64,000 nucleotides of DNA from an uncultured Elusimicrobia bacterium (GTDB taxonomy: Bacteria > Elusimicrobiota > Elusimicrobia > F11): positions 4,082 through 68,081 of the forward strand of contig CAYOPN010000004.1 of the NCBI GenBank assembly GCA_964405835.1, read 5' to 3'. Of this stretch, positions 59,001-63,484 are shown piece after piece. Position numbers and translations under genes: made by a program. Within the stretch, counting starts at the first letter, position 1, and each line of letters begins with the position of its first letter. The notes under the pieces were generated by a model. The model saw only the letters and a list, made by a program, of their open reading frames with translations. It had not been told where the DNA came from and searched no databases.

Positions 59001-59638
59001 TTGGACCGGCCAATTTGGATGTAAGCCGTCTCATGTGCGAGGGGAGCTTGGACAAAGCGGTATCTGTCGATGAGTACCGTGATGAAATCCAAATTTTGAC
59101 GGTCCATGATGAGAACGATCTAAAGTGGATTGGTCCGTTACTGCAACTGGTGCAGAAACACCGCTATGCCACTGGTTTTTCTTCCCGACTGCTTATTCTT
59201 AACACGTCCGGTCTGCAGCAATACGGAAGCTCCGAACATTACAACGCGTTAATTGGCCAGGCAATCGAGTTGGAATTGGCCGAATATCCGTATTGGAAAG
59301 ATTTTGCCATGGTTCTCAATAACAAGACGGATTTCACCGAGCTTCGCTATATCGCGGGCCTTCGTAATGACGTGGTGGTTCCATCTCTTGTACGGGAGAC
59401 TCTGAGAAATCGACACGGATCGAACCCTAACTCGTTCTGGGCGGGGTGGGTGAGGGGGAATAGGCCAGCGGAACGTTATTTCGTAACGGGAACTGATGTC
59501 GAATTTGAACATGACGATCTGGGTAGGGTGGGCGTGGTTTGGCTGCAGTCGGCAATGGATCAGGCCACGCCGCTCAGTCTTTCCGGCTACATGGACATGT
59601 TCCAAAAAGCGTTCTTGGCTGCCTCCAAAGCGGCGTAA
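44069..59638 (+). CDS. giant multidomain protein (5,189 aa): ChaN/Tiki-like domain, repeated novel modules, two beta-propellers, HExxH region, charged tract, vWA, TM hairpin, two AAA_5 ATPase domains
   Basis: A single uninterrupted ORF of 15,570 nt. Recognisable motifs are listed in the sub-features below. Confidence 0.9.
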   Translation: MRMSFSRPVFSHDTFTLRRSLALWLSVIYFMTNVLYAGGPAGRPAAAPLLPPVTRALPSSGTKDLFRKNPVQTYANVKMAAAPAGPSRKSVTIIQDVHANADAQKNIANIIGVLETQTPRVIGIEGASGFLNFGPYRQLPRQEIVHKTGAKYLETGKLLGSSYAALTHSGAPSLLFGIENPNLYRRNVEATLEADKDRPATLQWLEQMGKRNAADKLTSYGPALKKIDHHMRAFARGELSLGDYVGRLMEFHDLPSSMPLLTFHEAVKMEKRLDFALVERERAEALEILTRKMRPEELKELVDASMAFQKGEISSGEFYRHLKMLLTKHDVINDNRRTLGDYLQYVALAESIKADELLKDLNAYESQIVKDLATTSEQSRIAAESKWLSLARKLVNFELTQDEWMEYNALTPALSLKGEGELASFEDFYRIADARNGAMVENLLRAMGRKNCADGILIAGGFHADGLVDLLNKRGVAVTVLTPKISKLTQGSKPLEYLTIFQREKTPLSRLFHGQKLFLGAIDGLAPGAMLVPAKNIGDQFRDDLKDALQDAGVDEALVDPVLDFQKIKERIRQKFGPEPMVTSRIGHRGKQKDPVELVDSIYNTPLEHPLTKALSRLQQSNPKNYATLVEKISINGTLQIYWAKNLPSAAGLFSMQEEIEGKIITLTGLLLDNDARPVLEAAAKGKSALQKKAVEDLLYLLLVHEAAELATRGGDETLTPNLVNEWKATLEEIQHYYIPPLKFIKTTIQTIHRGPFEALLRKLDRVDRKSKRYSRTLTLYNLLRESTIEEMPKVVWDYLIKEPEFAGLKRSEKIFPEAPAKTKALPKTKKRVNRKRKFEISFPLKSKKRTNPKILTRIISSRLGYKSVAPEGPVTPVDMLEIEDIGAHIKVSLTRLNRFDPELYRVFLERITFNGHPQMYWADNLPSAAGVFSMEDPDNPEGAPITGFLIDSALRPFVEPIEAGNRDRNFARINLMFLLLVHEATELSVRKDGETITPNLVAEVKAILKEADAYRYILGEVEKNDLKKLLREIADTEIGMPDRFTQVLQLWDRLADPELAKEIILGELVELILNAGDVTLKGWKSVKEFVDDFMGRPDPLELGDVIGLSREGTFSFKKHHNHMKISPDGKNLLIADRDGWTLLVPSDFEPGTSYETPSIRVGIKVDDIAFSANGRMVAFAHENGYVTLGKIGVQTNRSSPIPIEEVTSSKINEDGVRKILFTHDDHYLIVFSNSGWVSFHAVIWDQEKTSITELKAPSISYQLGQNFRWWDMAASLDGETLVFGGESLVHDGPLNKGKVVALTLLREPMNGKIRSFQVKWSTPINVAIHKIAISPDNRLLALRGGDEIWIADAPHAKNMRKAPLQGQRSPTPMFLSDNQTLVVESDFGHVEIFHLSRTGQDLKEVKKVAGRTIGMRIGDIAVSPDQSHLFVLDYNDEVIKFDLKRAHERTTSGPAGRSNDDLQEEIRDLLLMLEDWETQLTPYYFTEDHGKKPLLSSIIDSHIATLLDLLAVFPKPDAPTDEEKIQKFPEILTGLLMPFETPTRDANVQPRQRLKVKVILKVMADLLLEQEEPWEADLSRMDVTFIEKVMQIFLLEVIRIMTEEMKNTDAKTFETHLDEFIDPLYPYSMRGPLKKKVLNQFNKQFASPSHTHLLTELPPAYGRGRAPHREKGGINEKIAAAFDRGDAIVIDNSEHRRLGQALKAAAAQQKDATLKLPELIAFFNKTQVVLVQSPTAIPGLYIRGPDDYAVAHFGHYKGRNSIFIDTDVFNFLKENPAQLPALLFYELAKVAGHDQGLAEKIEAAIAGKELSAAVQGFIEEKIEAHPTRSNVIAYYVAREIMMTALISGNAHAYRRALEECAAQAKLAEEKLDGPAEDVLSPIVRLLRWTDKLLFNNKGIGDDLELVRVQEEQLTKAEKKIIAEETDMFLEALGFDEELQKDLARKIKLITYPLTMLNMMPHSIEGIRFTPAALKSVAELFNMFALCQTNGMGGMVMFSGILEKDLTIQLLQTGNLSFFKAAFLHEVTHYLAFQNALPFDGGHETITQAISTAVLLVDGGVPGLMEPLGDHAESKKIQGDLVALAEKRAGSDAVPPNQAGITNIVQAYLRKHAPDVLKGTPAQVQDQIQRMSGVYLGAFAWAHWKKDKEINVYKLIIDYGKRHLPRVRNADYRRNLTYRDRLLIDELIREKLAPVAQVTLPDAQVRFVPRSRRDLEKPGKGTWNYERLPDHKLHYIPWDLIEYGEDASVGLTLQEIFRSKFSSEDVIEEDFNNLYFRLLFGIAETNRFVAHGLSENPGRVEEIEAFYRKKLRIMDLEIEKERMAEKSQFVQFLDGLLYALMMTKDEKEIVHDPRVTDTEVKAALDNAIPILFGAVAMDKQGFYEVVRDEVWPAVQKLLEQDLEKLKRSEEEKQAINDMLEKGEIEIADPDEEMMKGKSKPKPGDKIKISLSSDGEGDFDMDDLSEKARENLQKAIDEHLKKMSAKEREELAKKAGAKAKQEMGKQAREAAGGMSDVTGERRGKPSGKGKPQGSGKPGGNLEQDVKDLHDLADQIEKEAGAVERAAEDAQKNAGKAGTKAGAIDRQGGGNSAQGQGINDSVEELIEKLKELREKARRFQDKAEEIGGHSDDLNDGLEGEKLSDKAQDLRDKMRDKSDAIERLGQELNDKAAEADEIAHESAAQGEKLKEMLDMDPKRVDSIKGHAQDIQKKINEVREKLNQVRKDAEEAVTASEQLSSESGELQEQIKRDTPIVSEGEEDENNPNVGDPGGHISARKKEPRDNNERKRVMAKDKKGTSGPKHSMDPKINELIKEYLEDNEDIDFTSAAERDLEQKQALDQYTGLTEGQRVAYNKIRDISAEYESTLREEILNALDATERSDMMRRQRKGRIDPRRLSIVETGITDPFQIKREANKKKLRISILIDVSGSMYHDPNNLDLQNPTSAMLASSNRINNAIKVVILFLEAFREDPRVEIEVGAFASTQKIFKKYEDPITDELIYKLIDQLLNHNLGQDNSDLAGLSMIVISMREREAKEGPAAKLVTVVADGGIHPSDRPGIEQILTENTDIAFMAFGIGSQAADVKNAYAPFGRSVNALSKLVEETGEWLKEQADRLMSFEFLLLIGTVALFFNSGPFKLGMPLLMMMLLFGSVLGVVVPSISITKNLDTENFEVVPSNGDRYLQVKNGKYPTFKAKINGEGINIPNEEMLETETNVKDVVKIIKRVQRQYLDRSPLYIEGEAGTGKNKKIYYSAKLMRKSVRFMALHEDVHEDDLVERRGVGEKEHGKTDWILQPLVEAMRNGDWIIFDEVNKAKPEVMARLNQIVQSRRVMLHDGTEVTAKEGFAIIMTGNPPPSANDAEVYHVNKQSAEMLDRLRGMRIGYLPDKEELQLLLSILMKRRGYTDVKQIPAADQKFLKELIDAANLIRDNYEGLDKATGRSRRGKMIARPLSTRSLVNITKRLADFPDDRKRPRSLVRRFYSYEWSKPAQIKAVEAALDNKLTEKDEDLIFNDKDLKGPEYTEEKGVRYLKFKGIKVKAGPGAPAKLADIPLDMRVTWTETNLRYLYELMMDFGQENHMLLIGEAGTGKDLLAEYLCYALHGPKFDTFGVTRNAMAEDLVAYLGLGEGTKMDEKGMLVAAGKHETGIVPAYVVRAMEAGRPIILDEINKGKPEVFAVLNNILEYKWIDLANGRRVHAQPGFMIIATMNPSNKKAYLGNFDLSGEFLDRFSVHKFDYLKPGEEATILSQFNDDLIAEDGLRFGKIRKEVINRLVATTNVLREKYRNNRLPHPVSMRAEKRMIVTLAEYPEEYKDLNELLEECFVFSDPVHRQAVLEAAKAEKLGELKDIIEVRIGVGDAEIDAVLEKIKSESEKGHAPDEWTQQWIQLLRRLDGLLGKKSAAKKLTPELRSKTKAILERMVATLLPPPLAGRALLGALINHVRSRLDGVEVPELPEITSEMSHAEWGNVLQNLTVIIDFTLLPEDFEKKTLIEKSAGVIVVPDRKPTARMETIGGATFLVVNGVANAASFNEAASLALQVYAKAKMGEGKGVEKFPFYYRVLKAAHRQKPSDARMLGKGFTESGLPKEFIDNFIELNDSSWRQKNAMLVNRKRNALMVQLDSLKISDQEKKALLIALKIFSASYDPLTKDVDARLSKLTVVSSRLGFKKEKPAGAVDPIGRVDESSLAAAFEKALERFKAQHADLYEELLLRITPPGENTVPQIYWANNLPSAAGIVEIEGITGLMFDPGMKSILKAELLSKDKLRVMAVVNLFYLLLVHEAMEVSDRKENDTLRPNFLSEIKAVIAEAYAFSRLSLDENQALGRLYEKLDAGKGHRGFGLLWDLLNKFKGAAIECKAGLMALMDLLMIDPDYAGAEKSPDKIRAELKASHDVDEPRKVSTGTEPDFEKIFQDTLPGGVAAFSLSEETDEYVVAGPDYFRLYSNHRSIIDQNLRDSQLMHEVKVGKNIAAIKLQRDKNQILVACSDGTLLGYQLLANEEGAITGIKKIFKQNQNPGILFLLPFFSPRLIATFSPNGGSVVFANPRTGKFFIVGIPYPISGYHHTNIIYKGRAGEGIIKIAIAQDGRTVVFHSAAKNQLDILSINLSQELRFHNVMEMATDELIYEPVFLSGNSLAIRLQTSYGEFLRVYAPLFIFNNAWHANFKEHKFHEDPTKLKFSPENPKILHITAGDVQLFQLSHGAYPLMRLSEAHTTAAALFPTEEAIFVGNDNSFSIWRIGKKGNISGKVVSSRLGFKKEKPAGAVEPVGRVAESALAAVFAKALERLKSQHPDLHGAMIKRITPSGENAVPQIYWAENLPSAAGVIEIDGLTGVMFDSEMKPVLEAFQGNAQEERAIENLFYLLLVHEAKETASRKPNEAITPHIHHEMSAVLEEVRSYLKLTMGEVKTLDRLFIKLDEGKLHEPFRSVIRIYDLFTATTDLLKEGWAKLLALIKQDDEYSGQELLKAKPSWSATVASAIATNLGPANLDVSRLMCEGSLDKAVSVDEYRDEIQILTVHDENDLKWIGPLLQLVQKHRYATGFSSRLLILNTSGLQQYGSSEHYNALIGQAIELELAEYPYWKDFAMVLNNKTDFTELRYIAGLRNDVVVPSLVRETLRNRHGSNPNSFWAGWVRGNRPAERYFVTGTDVEFEHDDLGRVGVVWLQSAMDQATPLSLSGYMDMFQKAFLAASKAA
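44330..45520 (+). other. ChaN/Tiki/TraB-superfamily-like domain of the giant ORF
   Basis: The N-terminal block VTIIQDVHANADAQKNIANII and the C-terminal block ARNGAMVENLL...GILIAGGFHADGLVDLLNKRGVAV resemble the GE-H...RD/N-MA...GxxH pattern of ChaN/TraB/GumN proteins. This is from memory and has not been searched. Confidence 0.4.
45878..46300 (+). repeat. 'YWA-NLPSAAG / LLLVHEAxE' module, copy 1
   Basis: LQIYWAKNLPSAAGLFSM...LTGLLLDNDARPVLE...LLYLLLVHEAAELATRGGDETLTPNLVNEWKATLEE. Confidence 0.7.
46640..47130 (+). repeat. 'YWA-NLPSAAG / LLLVHEAxE' module, copy 2
   Basis: SSRLGYKSVAPEGPV...PQMYWADNLPSAAGVFSM...ITGFLIDSALRPFVE...LMFLLLVHEATELSVRKDGETITPNLVAEVKAILKE. Confidence 0.7.
47438..48410 (+). 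other. beta-propeller 1 (WD40/PD40-like blades)
   Basis: Recurrent blade-like units: ISPDGKNLLIADRDG, IAFSANGRMVAFAHENG, ILFTHDDHYLIVFSNSG, ASLDGETLVFGG, IAISPDNRLLALRGGD, IAVSPDQSHLFVLDYND. Confidence 0.55.
50141..50155 (+). other. HExxH motif (HEVTH) in the central helical region
   Basis: FFKAAFLHEVTHYLAF was read in frame (codon 2025). It sits at a position comparable to the HEAxE of the repeated modules. Confidence 0.4.
51262..52545 (+). other. ~430-aa D/E/K-rich, coiled-coil-like low-complexity tract
   Basis: EEEKQAINDMLEKGEIEIADPDEEMMKGK...KAQDLRDKMRDKSDAIERLGQELNDKAAEADE... It lies directly N-terminal to the vWA domain, as in CobT/NorD/midasin-type proteins. Confidence 0.7.
52808..53340 (+). 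other. von Willebrand factor A (vWA) domain with a MIDAS motif
   Basis: KKLRISILIDVSGSMYHD; the DxSGS motif is at 52838-52855. Downstream blocks VTVVADGG and IAFMAFGIG follow. Confidence 0.7.
53414..53545 (+). other. internal hydrophobic hairpin (one long or two short TM helices)
   Basis: FEFLLLIGTVALFFNSGPFKLGMPLLMMMLLFGSVLGVVVPSI. Confidence 0.6.
53705..54225 (+). other. AAA_5 (MoxR/CobS/NorQ/dynein-related) ATPase domain 1
   Basis: Walker A GEAGTGKN at 53777-53800, Walker B WIIFDEVNKAKPEVMARLNQIVQ, and FAIIMTGNP. Confidence 0.75.
54745..55285 (+). other. AAA_5 ATPase domain 2
   Basis: Walker A GEAGTGKD at 54806-54829, Walker B PIILDEINKGKPEVFAVLNNILE, and FMIIATMNP. Confidence 0.75.
56534..57010 (+). 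repeat. 'YWA-NLPSAAG / LLLVHEAxE' module, copy 3
   Basis: VVSSRLGFKKEKPAGAVDPIGRV...PQIYWANNLPSAAGIVEIEGITGLMFDPGMKSILK...LFYLLLVHEAMEVSDRKENDTLRPNFLSEIKAVIAE. Confidence 0.8.
57265..58285 (+). other. beta-propeller 2 (putative)
   Basis: Blade-like units include AAFSLSEETDEYVVAGPD, IKLQRDKNQILVACSDGTLLGY, TFSPNGGSVVFANPRTG, IAIAQDGRTVVFHS and FSPENPKILHITAGD. Confidence 0.45.
58295..58770 (+). repeat. 'YWA-NLPSAAG / LLLVHEAxE' module, copy 4
   Basis: VVSSRLGFKKEKPAGAVEPVGRV...PQIYWAENLPSAAGVIEIDGLTGVMFDSEMKPVLE...LFYLLLVHEAKETASRKPNEAITPHIHHEMSAVLEE. Its first ~130 nt are visibly similar to copy 3 at the nucleotide level. Confidence 0.8.
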
Positions 59639-59772
59639 CGCGTTACCCTCCGTCCTTTCTTTACGATTTTTTTACACTCGCCTTACATTAAGCTGACACA
59701 TCTCGATTAGAATTCCGCTCCCTTCACAATCAACCGTATCCCTTCCTTCCGGTTCACTTAAGGAGCTTCACA

Positions 59773-60111
59773 ATGAAAAACGCAGTCCTCGCATTCCTCG
59801 GTCTCGCCTGCCTCGCCATCACGCCGCTCTGCGCCGTTGAAAAAACGGCCGCCGTCAACGATCGGTTCTATGGGAAAATCACCGCTGTCGACCACAGCCA
59901 GAAAAGCGTCACGGTGCACAACAAGAAACAAGACCAAGACGCCCGTTTCCAATGGGACGATAAAACCACGGTCATCTCGGAAAAAAAATCCATCCAGCCG
60001 GCCGAATTGAAAGTCGGACAATCGTTGATGGTTTCCTACATCACCGAAAACAACCTGAACAAAGCGCAACGCATCAGCGTCCGCCGCCCGTTCAAAAAGA
60101 CCCTGCAATAA
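59773..60111 (+). CDS. small secreted hypothetical protein
   Basis: A TAAGGAG RBS precedes the start, and it has a signal peptide LAFLGLACLAITPLCA. The rest is beta-rich. I recognised no family. Confidence 0.5.
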   Translation: MKNAVLAFLGLACLAITPLCAVEKTAAVNDRFYGKITAVDHSQKSVTVHNKKQDQDARFQWDDKTTVISEKKSIQPAELKVGQSLMVSYITENNLNKAQRISVRRPFKKTLQ

Positions 60112-60138
60112 AGGAACCCACACCCCGCGCTTCGCGCT

Positions 60139-60162
60139 CCCCTCTCCCTTAAGGGAGAGGGG
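60139..60162. repeat. perfect 24-nt palindrome cccctctccctt/aagggagagggg (hairpin element, possible terminator)
   Basis: Read directly. With its flank it resembles a ~34-nt segment inside the giant ORF (45294-45327). Confidence 0.6.
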
Positions 60163-60197
60163 CAGGGGGTGAGGGTTATAGTAGGATCCCGCCCCTC

Positions 60198-61145
60198 ATG
60201 AACTCCTCCATTCCCGTCATTCTTGGGCAGACCGCCTCGGGCAAAACGTCCGTCGGCATCGCGCTCGCCAAATTATTGGACGGCGAAATCATTTCGGTCG
60301 ATTCGCGCAAAGTCTACGAGGGACTTCCTGTCGGCACCGCCACGCCGGAGGGCAAACGCGACAACAACTCGTACCTCGTCAAAGGCGTGCCGCACCATTT
60401 GATGTCGTTTCTTCCGCCCGACCAACCTTACAACGCTGGCGATTTTTCCGCGGACGCGGAACGCTTGATCGCGGAAATTATCGCGCGCGGAAAAACGCCG
60501 ATCCTGGTTGGCGGCACCGGCTTTTATTTCAAAGCGCTGGAACAAGGATTACCGCCGCTTCCGAAAGCCGACGAAACGTTTCGTCGTAAATTGGAACAGC
60601 GAATGGAAAAGGACGGCGTGGCCTCCGTTCGCGCCGAGTTGGAACGGACCGACCCCACGGCCGCGCGCGCCATCACCGACAAAGACCGGCATAAAATTAT
60701 CCGCGCGCTGGAAGTTCAACATCTCACCGGCGTTCCGTTTTCAAAATGGAAGGACCAGAAGAAACCCGGCGCGCGCCGTTACACGGTGATGGGGCTTCAA
60801 TACGCCAAACAGCTTTTGGAAGAACGCATCGAGGACCGTTCGGAGTACATGTTTCAGCATGGGATGATCGAAGAGACCGAAGCGGTCTTAAAAAAAGGCT
60901 ACGCGCCCGATTGCCACGCGCTGGCAAGTTTCGGTTACCGCGAGGCGGTCCAAGTGGTCAAAGGAACATTGCCGCGCGCCGCTTTCTTGGAACACCTGAT
61001 CAAAGGCACCAAAGCCTACGCAAAACGCCAGCAAACCTGGTTCCGCACACAGGTCAAACCCGCCTGGTTCGCGTGCGATGCCACCTCAAAGAGCGATGAA
61101 ATAGCCTTGAGGATGAAGGCCTTTTGTTATACTCGCGCGACATGA
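60198..61145 (+). CDS. miaA: tRNA dimethylallyltransferase
   Basis: P-loop ILGQTASGKTS and the IPP-transferase blocks LVGGTGFYFKAL and DRHKIIRALEV. Confidence 0.9.
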   Translation: MNSSIPVILGQTASGKTSVGIALAKLLDGEIISVDSRKVYEGLPVGTATPEGKRDNNSYLVKGVPHHLMSFLPPDQPYNAGDFSADAERLIAEIIARGKTPILVGGTGFYFKALEQGLPPLPKADETFRRKLEQRMEKDGVASVRAELERTDPTAARAITDKDRHKIIRALEVQHLTGVPFSKWKDQKKPGARRYTVMGLQYAKQLLEERIEDRSEYMFQHGMIEETEAVLKKGYAPDCHALASFGYREAVQVVKGTLPRAAFLEHLIKGTKAYAKRQQTWFRTQVKPAWFACDATSKSDEIALRMKAFCYTRAT

Positions 61146-62386
61146 TCGAGCCCGTCGCCACCGTCGGTATCCGCCAACCCAAAGACTCCACATCCCGCTT
61201 CAATTCTCTAATGGAAGAACTTCGCCGTTTGATTGAAACGGCGGGGGGAACGGTAGTCAAAGAATTCAGCCAAACACGTCCGCGCATGGACCCCGCCACA
61301 CTGATCGGCAAAGGCAAACTGGAAGAAATCCAAGCCGAAATCACCGGTACCACCATCAAGACCGTGGTTTTTGACGACGACCTTTCTCCGGCCCAACAAA
61401 AAAATATTGAGAAATTGCTCAAAGCCAAAGTCGTGGACCGTACCCGTCTCATCCTGGACATCTTTGCGATGCGCGCGCGCACGCGCGAAGGGCAATTGCA
61501 GATTGAACTTGCCCAACTCAATTATCTCGTGCCGCGCCTGACCGGCGCCTGGCGCGGTTATTCGCAACAGGCCGGCGGTATCGGAACGCGCGGTCCCGGC
61601 GAACGAAAAATCGAAGTCGAGCGCCGCTACGTGCGCGAACGGATCAAGCGCCTGAAAAAAGACATCGAAGACGTCAAACAGCACCGCGATCGCGCGCGCT
61701 TGGGCCGTCAAAGCGTACCCATCCCGCAATTGGCCTTGGTCGGTTACACGAACGTGGGGAAATCCACGCTACTGAATTCCCTCATCGGAAAAACGGGGGA
61801 GGTCTACGCGGACGACAAACTTTTCGCGACCTTGGACCCGACCACGCGCCGCGTAAAACTGCCGGCCGGCCGCACCGTGCTTTTTACCGATACCGTCGGA
61901 TTCATTCAAAAACTTCCCACCGAACTCGTCGCGGCGTTCCGCGCCACGCTGGAAGAAGTCAAAGAGGCGTCCTTGCTGATCCATGTGGTGGACGCCGCGG
62001 CGCCCGATTGGCCCGAACAACAGAAGACCGTGCTCGACATCATCAAAAGCCTCGGCGCCGAACAAATTCCCATGGTCACCGTATTCAACAAAGTGGATTT
62101 GCTTCCCGAAAAAATACGGCGCGGATTGGAACGGAAAGACAACTACGCGATCTCAGGGAAGACCGGGTTGGGCCTCACCGAGCTCTTAAAAGGAATTGAA
62201 AAGAAACTGGACGCGGGCCTTATTGAAGTCGCGTTCGACCTGCCGCACAGCAAACAGCGCTTGCTGTCCGACATTTATCGCACCGCCCACATCCTCGACC
62301 AAAAATCCACGGCCAAAGGCACGCATTTTCGCTTGCGGATCGACCCGGCGAATTGGCAAAAGATATCCCATGACGTTACCGAATAA
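61142..62386 (+). CDS. hflX: GTPase HflX
   Basis: The HflX N-domain (DRTRLILDIFAMRARTREGQLQIELAQL), G1 GYTNVGKSTL, DTVGF and NKVD. The ATG at 61142 overlaps the miaA stop. Confidence 0.9.
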   Translation: MIEPVATVGIRQPKDSTSRFNSLMEELRRLIETAGGTVVKEFSQTRPRMDPATLIGKGKLEEIQAEITGTTIKTVVFDDDLSPAQQKNIEKLLKAKVVDRTRLILDIFAMRARTREGQLQIELAQLNYLVPRLTGAWRGYSQQAGGIGTRGPGERKIEVERRYVRERIKRLKKDIEDVKQHRDRARLGRQSVPIPQLALVGYTNVGKSTLLNSLIGKTGEVYADDKLFATLDPTTRRVKLPAGRTVLFTDTVGFIQKLPTELVAAFRATLEEVKEASLLIHVVDAAAPDWPEQQKTVLDIIKSLGAEQIPMVTVFNKVDLLPEKIRRGLERKDNYAISGKTGLGLTELLKGIEKKLDAGLIEVAFDLPHSKQRLLSDIYRTAHILDQKSTAKGTHFRLRIDPANWQKISHDVTE

Positions 62387-62894
62387 GATCACCGTCGCCC
62401 GGATCATCATGGTGCCCATGATCGTGATCGGCCTTTTGGAAGGCGCGACCACGTGGGTGTACACGCTATTGGGACTGTGCATAATCTCCGATTTCCTGGA
62501 TGGGCTTTTGGCGCGCCGCCGCGGCGAGCGCACCAAGCTCGGCGCGTTCCTGGACCCGATGGCGGACAAACTTTTGCTCATTTCCGTTTTTATGACGCTG
62601 GCGTTTCTGCGGCACGTTCCGATGTGGATCTTCGTGGTGATCCTCTCGCGCGACGTGTTTATTGTTATCGGATGGTCGGTCATTTATATCCTGACCGGCT
62701 CTAATGCGGTCGAGCCGCGGCCGCTTGGAAAATTTACGACCGCGCTGCAAATGATCACGGCCCTGGCCTGCATCCTGCCGCTTTCTTTCTACACCATCAC
62801 GCGCCCCATGCTTTTTGCGTGCGTCGTCTTCACGGTGGCCTCCACCATCGACTACATCATCACCGGCGAGAAAAAATTGGGAGCGTGGATTTAA
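62370..62894 (+). CDS. pgsA: CDP-alcohol phosphatidyltransferase (PgsA-like)
   Basis: DFLDGLLARRRGERTKLGAFLDPMADK matches the D-G-x2-A-R-x8-G-x3-D-x3-D motif. The ATG at 62370 gives MTLPNKITVARI. Confidence 0.8.
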   Translation: MTLPNKITVARIIMVPMIVIGLLEGATTWVYTLLGLCIISDFLDGLLARRRGERTKLGAFLDPMADKLLLISVFMTLAFLRHVPMWIFVVILSRDVFIVIGWSVIYILTGSNAVEPRPLGKFTTALQMITALACILPLSFYTITRPMLFACVVFTVASTIDYIITGEKKLGAWI

Positions 62895-63484
62895 TGCTGG
62901 CCAAGGGACTGGTCCTGACCGGCGGGTATCTTTTGGGGGCGGTGCCCTTCGGTGTGATCATTGCCCGGGTTTTCTACAAGACCGATATCCGCCAGCACGG
63001 CTCGCGCAACACGGGCGCAACCAATGTATGGCGCGTGCTCGGAAAAAAACCCGGCATCACCACGCTGGCGCTCGATGCGGTGAAAGGCGTGGTCCCGGTC
63101 GTCGTCGCCCGCCACTGTTTCCCAAATGATGCGCTGTTGATCATGGGAGCGGGGCTCGCGGCCATCATTGGTCACAACTGGAGCATTTTCCTGATGGGCT
63201 CGGGAGGAAAAGGGGTGGCCACCTCGGCCGGCGTTTTTCTAGCCCTTATACCGGTGCAGGGGCTGATTGCGGTAGGGACATTCTTGGTGTTCTTCCTGAT
63301 TTCGCGGCGCGTGTCGGTGGGTTCCATCGCTGCCGCGATAGCGTTATTGGTCGCTACTTTTTTGGTGCATACACCGATGCCGTTCCGGATCCTGGTTTTT
63401 TTGGCGTCCACCATGGTGCTTTTTAAGCACGTGCCCAACATGAAACGTCTGGTCAAAGGGGAAGAGCCGAAGGTGAACCTATGA
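62894..63484 (+). CDS. plsY: glycerol-3-phosphate acyltransferase PlsY
   Basis: Contains GYLLGAVPFGVIIA and GSRNTGATNVWRVLG. A TAATG overlap joins it to pgsA. Confidence 0.9.
   Translation: MLAKGLVLTGGYLLGAVPFGVIIARVFYKTDIRQHGSRNTGATNVWRVLGKKPGITTLALDAVKGVVPVVVARHCFPNDALLIMGAGLAAIIGHNWSIFLMGSGGKGVATSAGVFLALIPVQGLIAVGTFLVFFLISRRVSVGSIAAAIALLVATFLVHTPMPFRILVFLASTMVLFKHVPNMKRLVKGEEPKVNL

Noticed and set aside
59639-59700. The palindrome taacgcgtta and the T-run after the giant ORF as an intrinsic terminator.
   Set aside because: The stem next to the T-run is only ~3 bp, and the 10-nt palindrome overlaps the stop codon and has no loop. This is not convincing.
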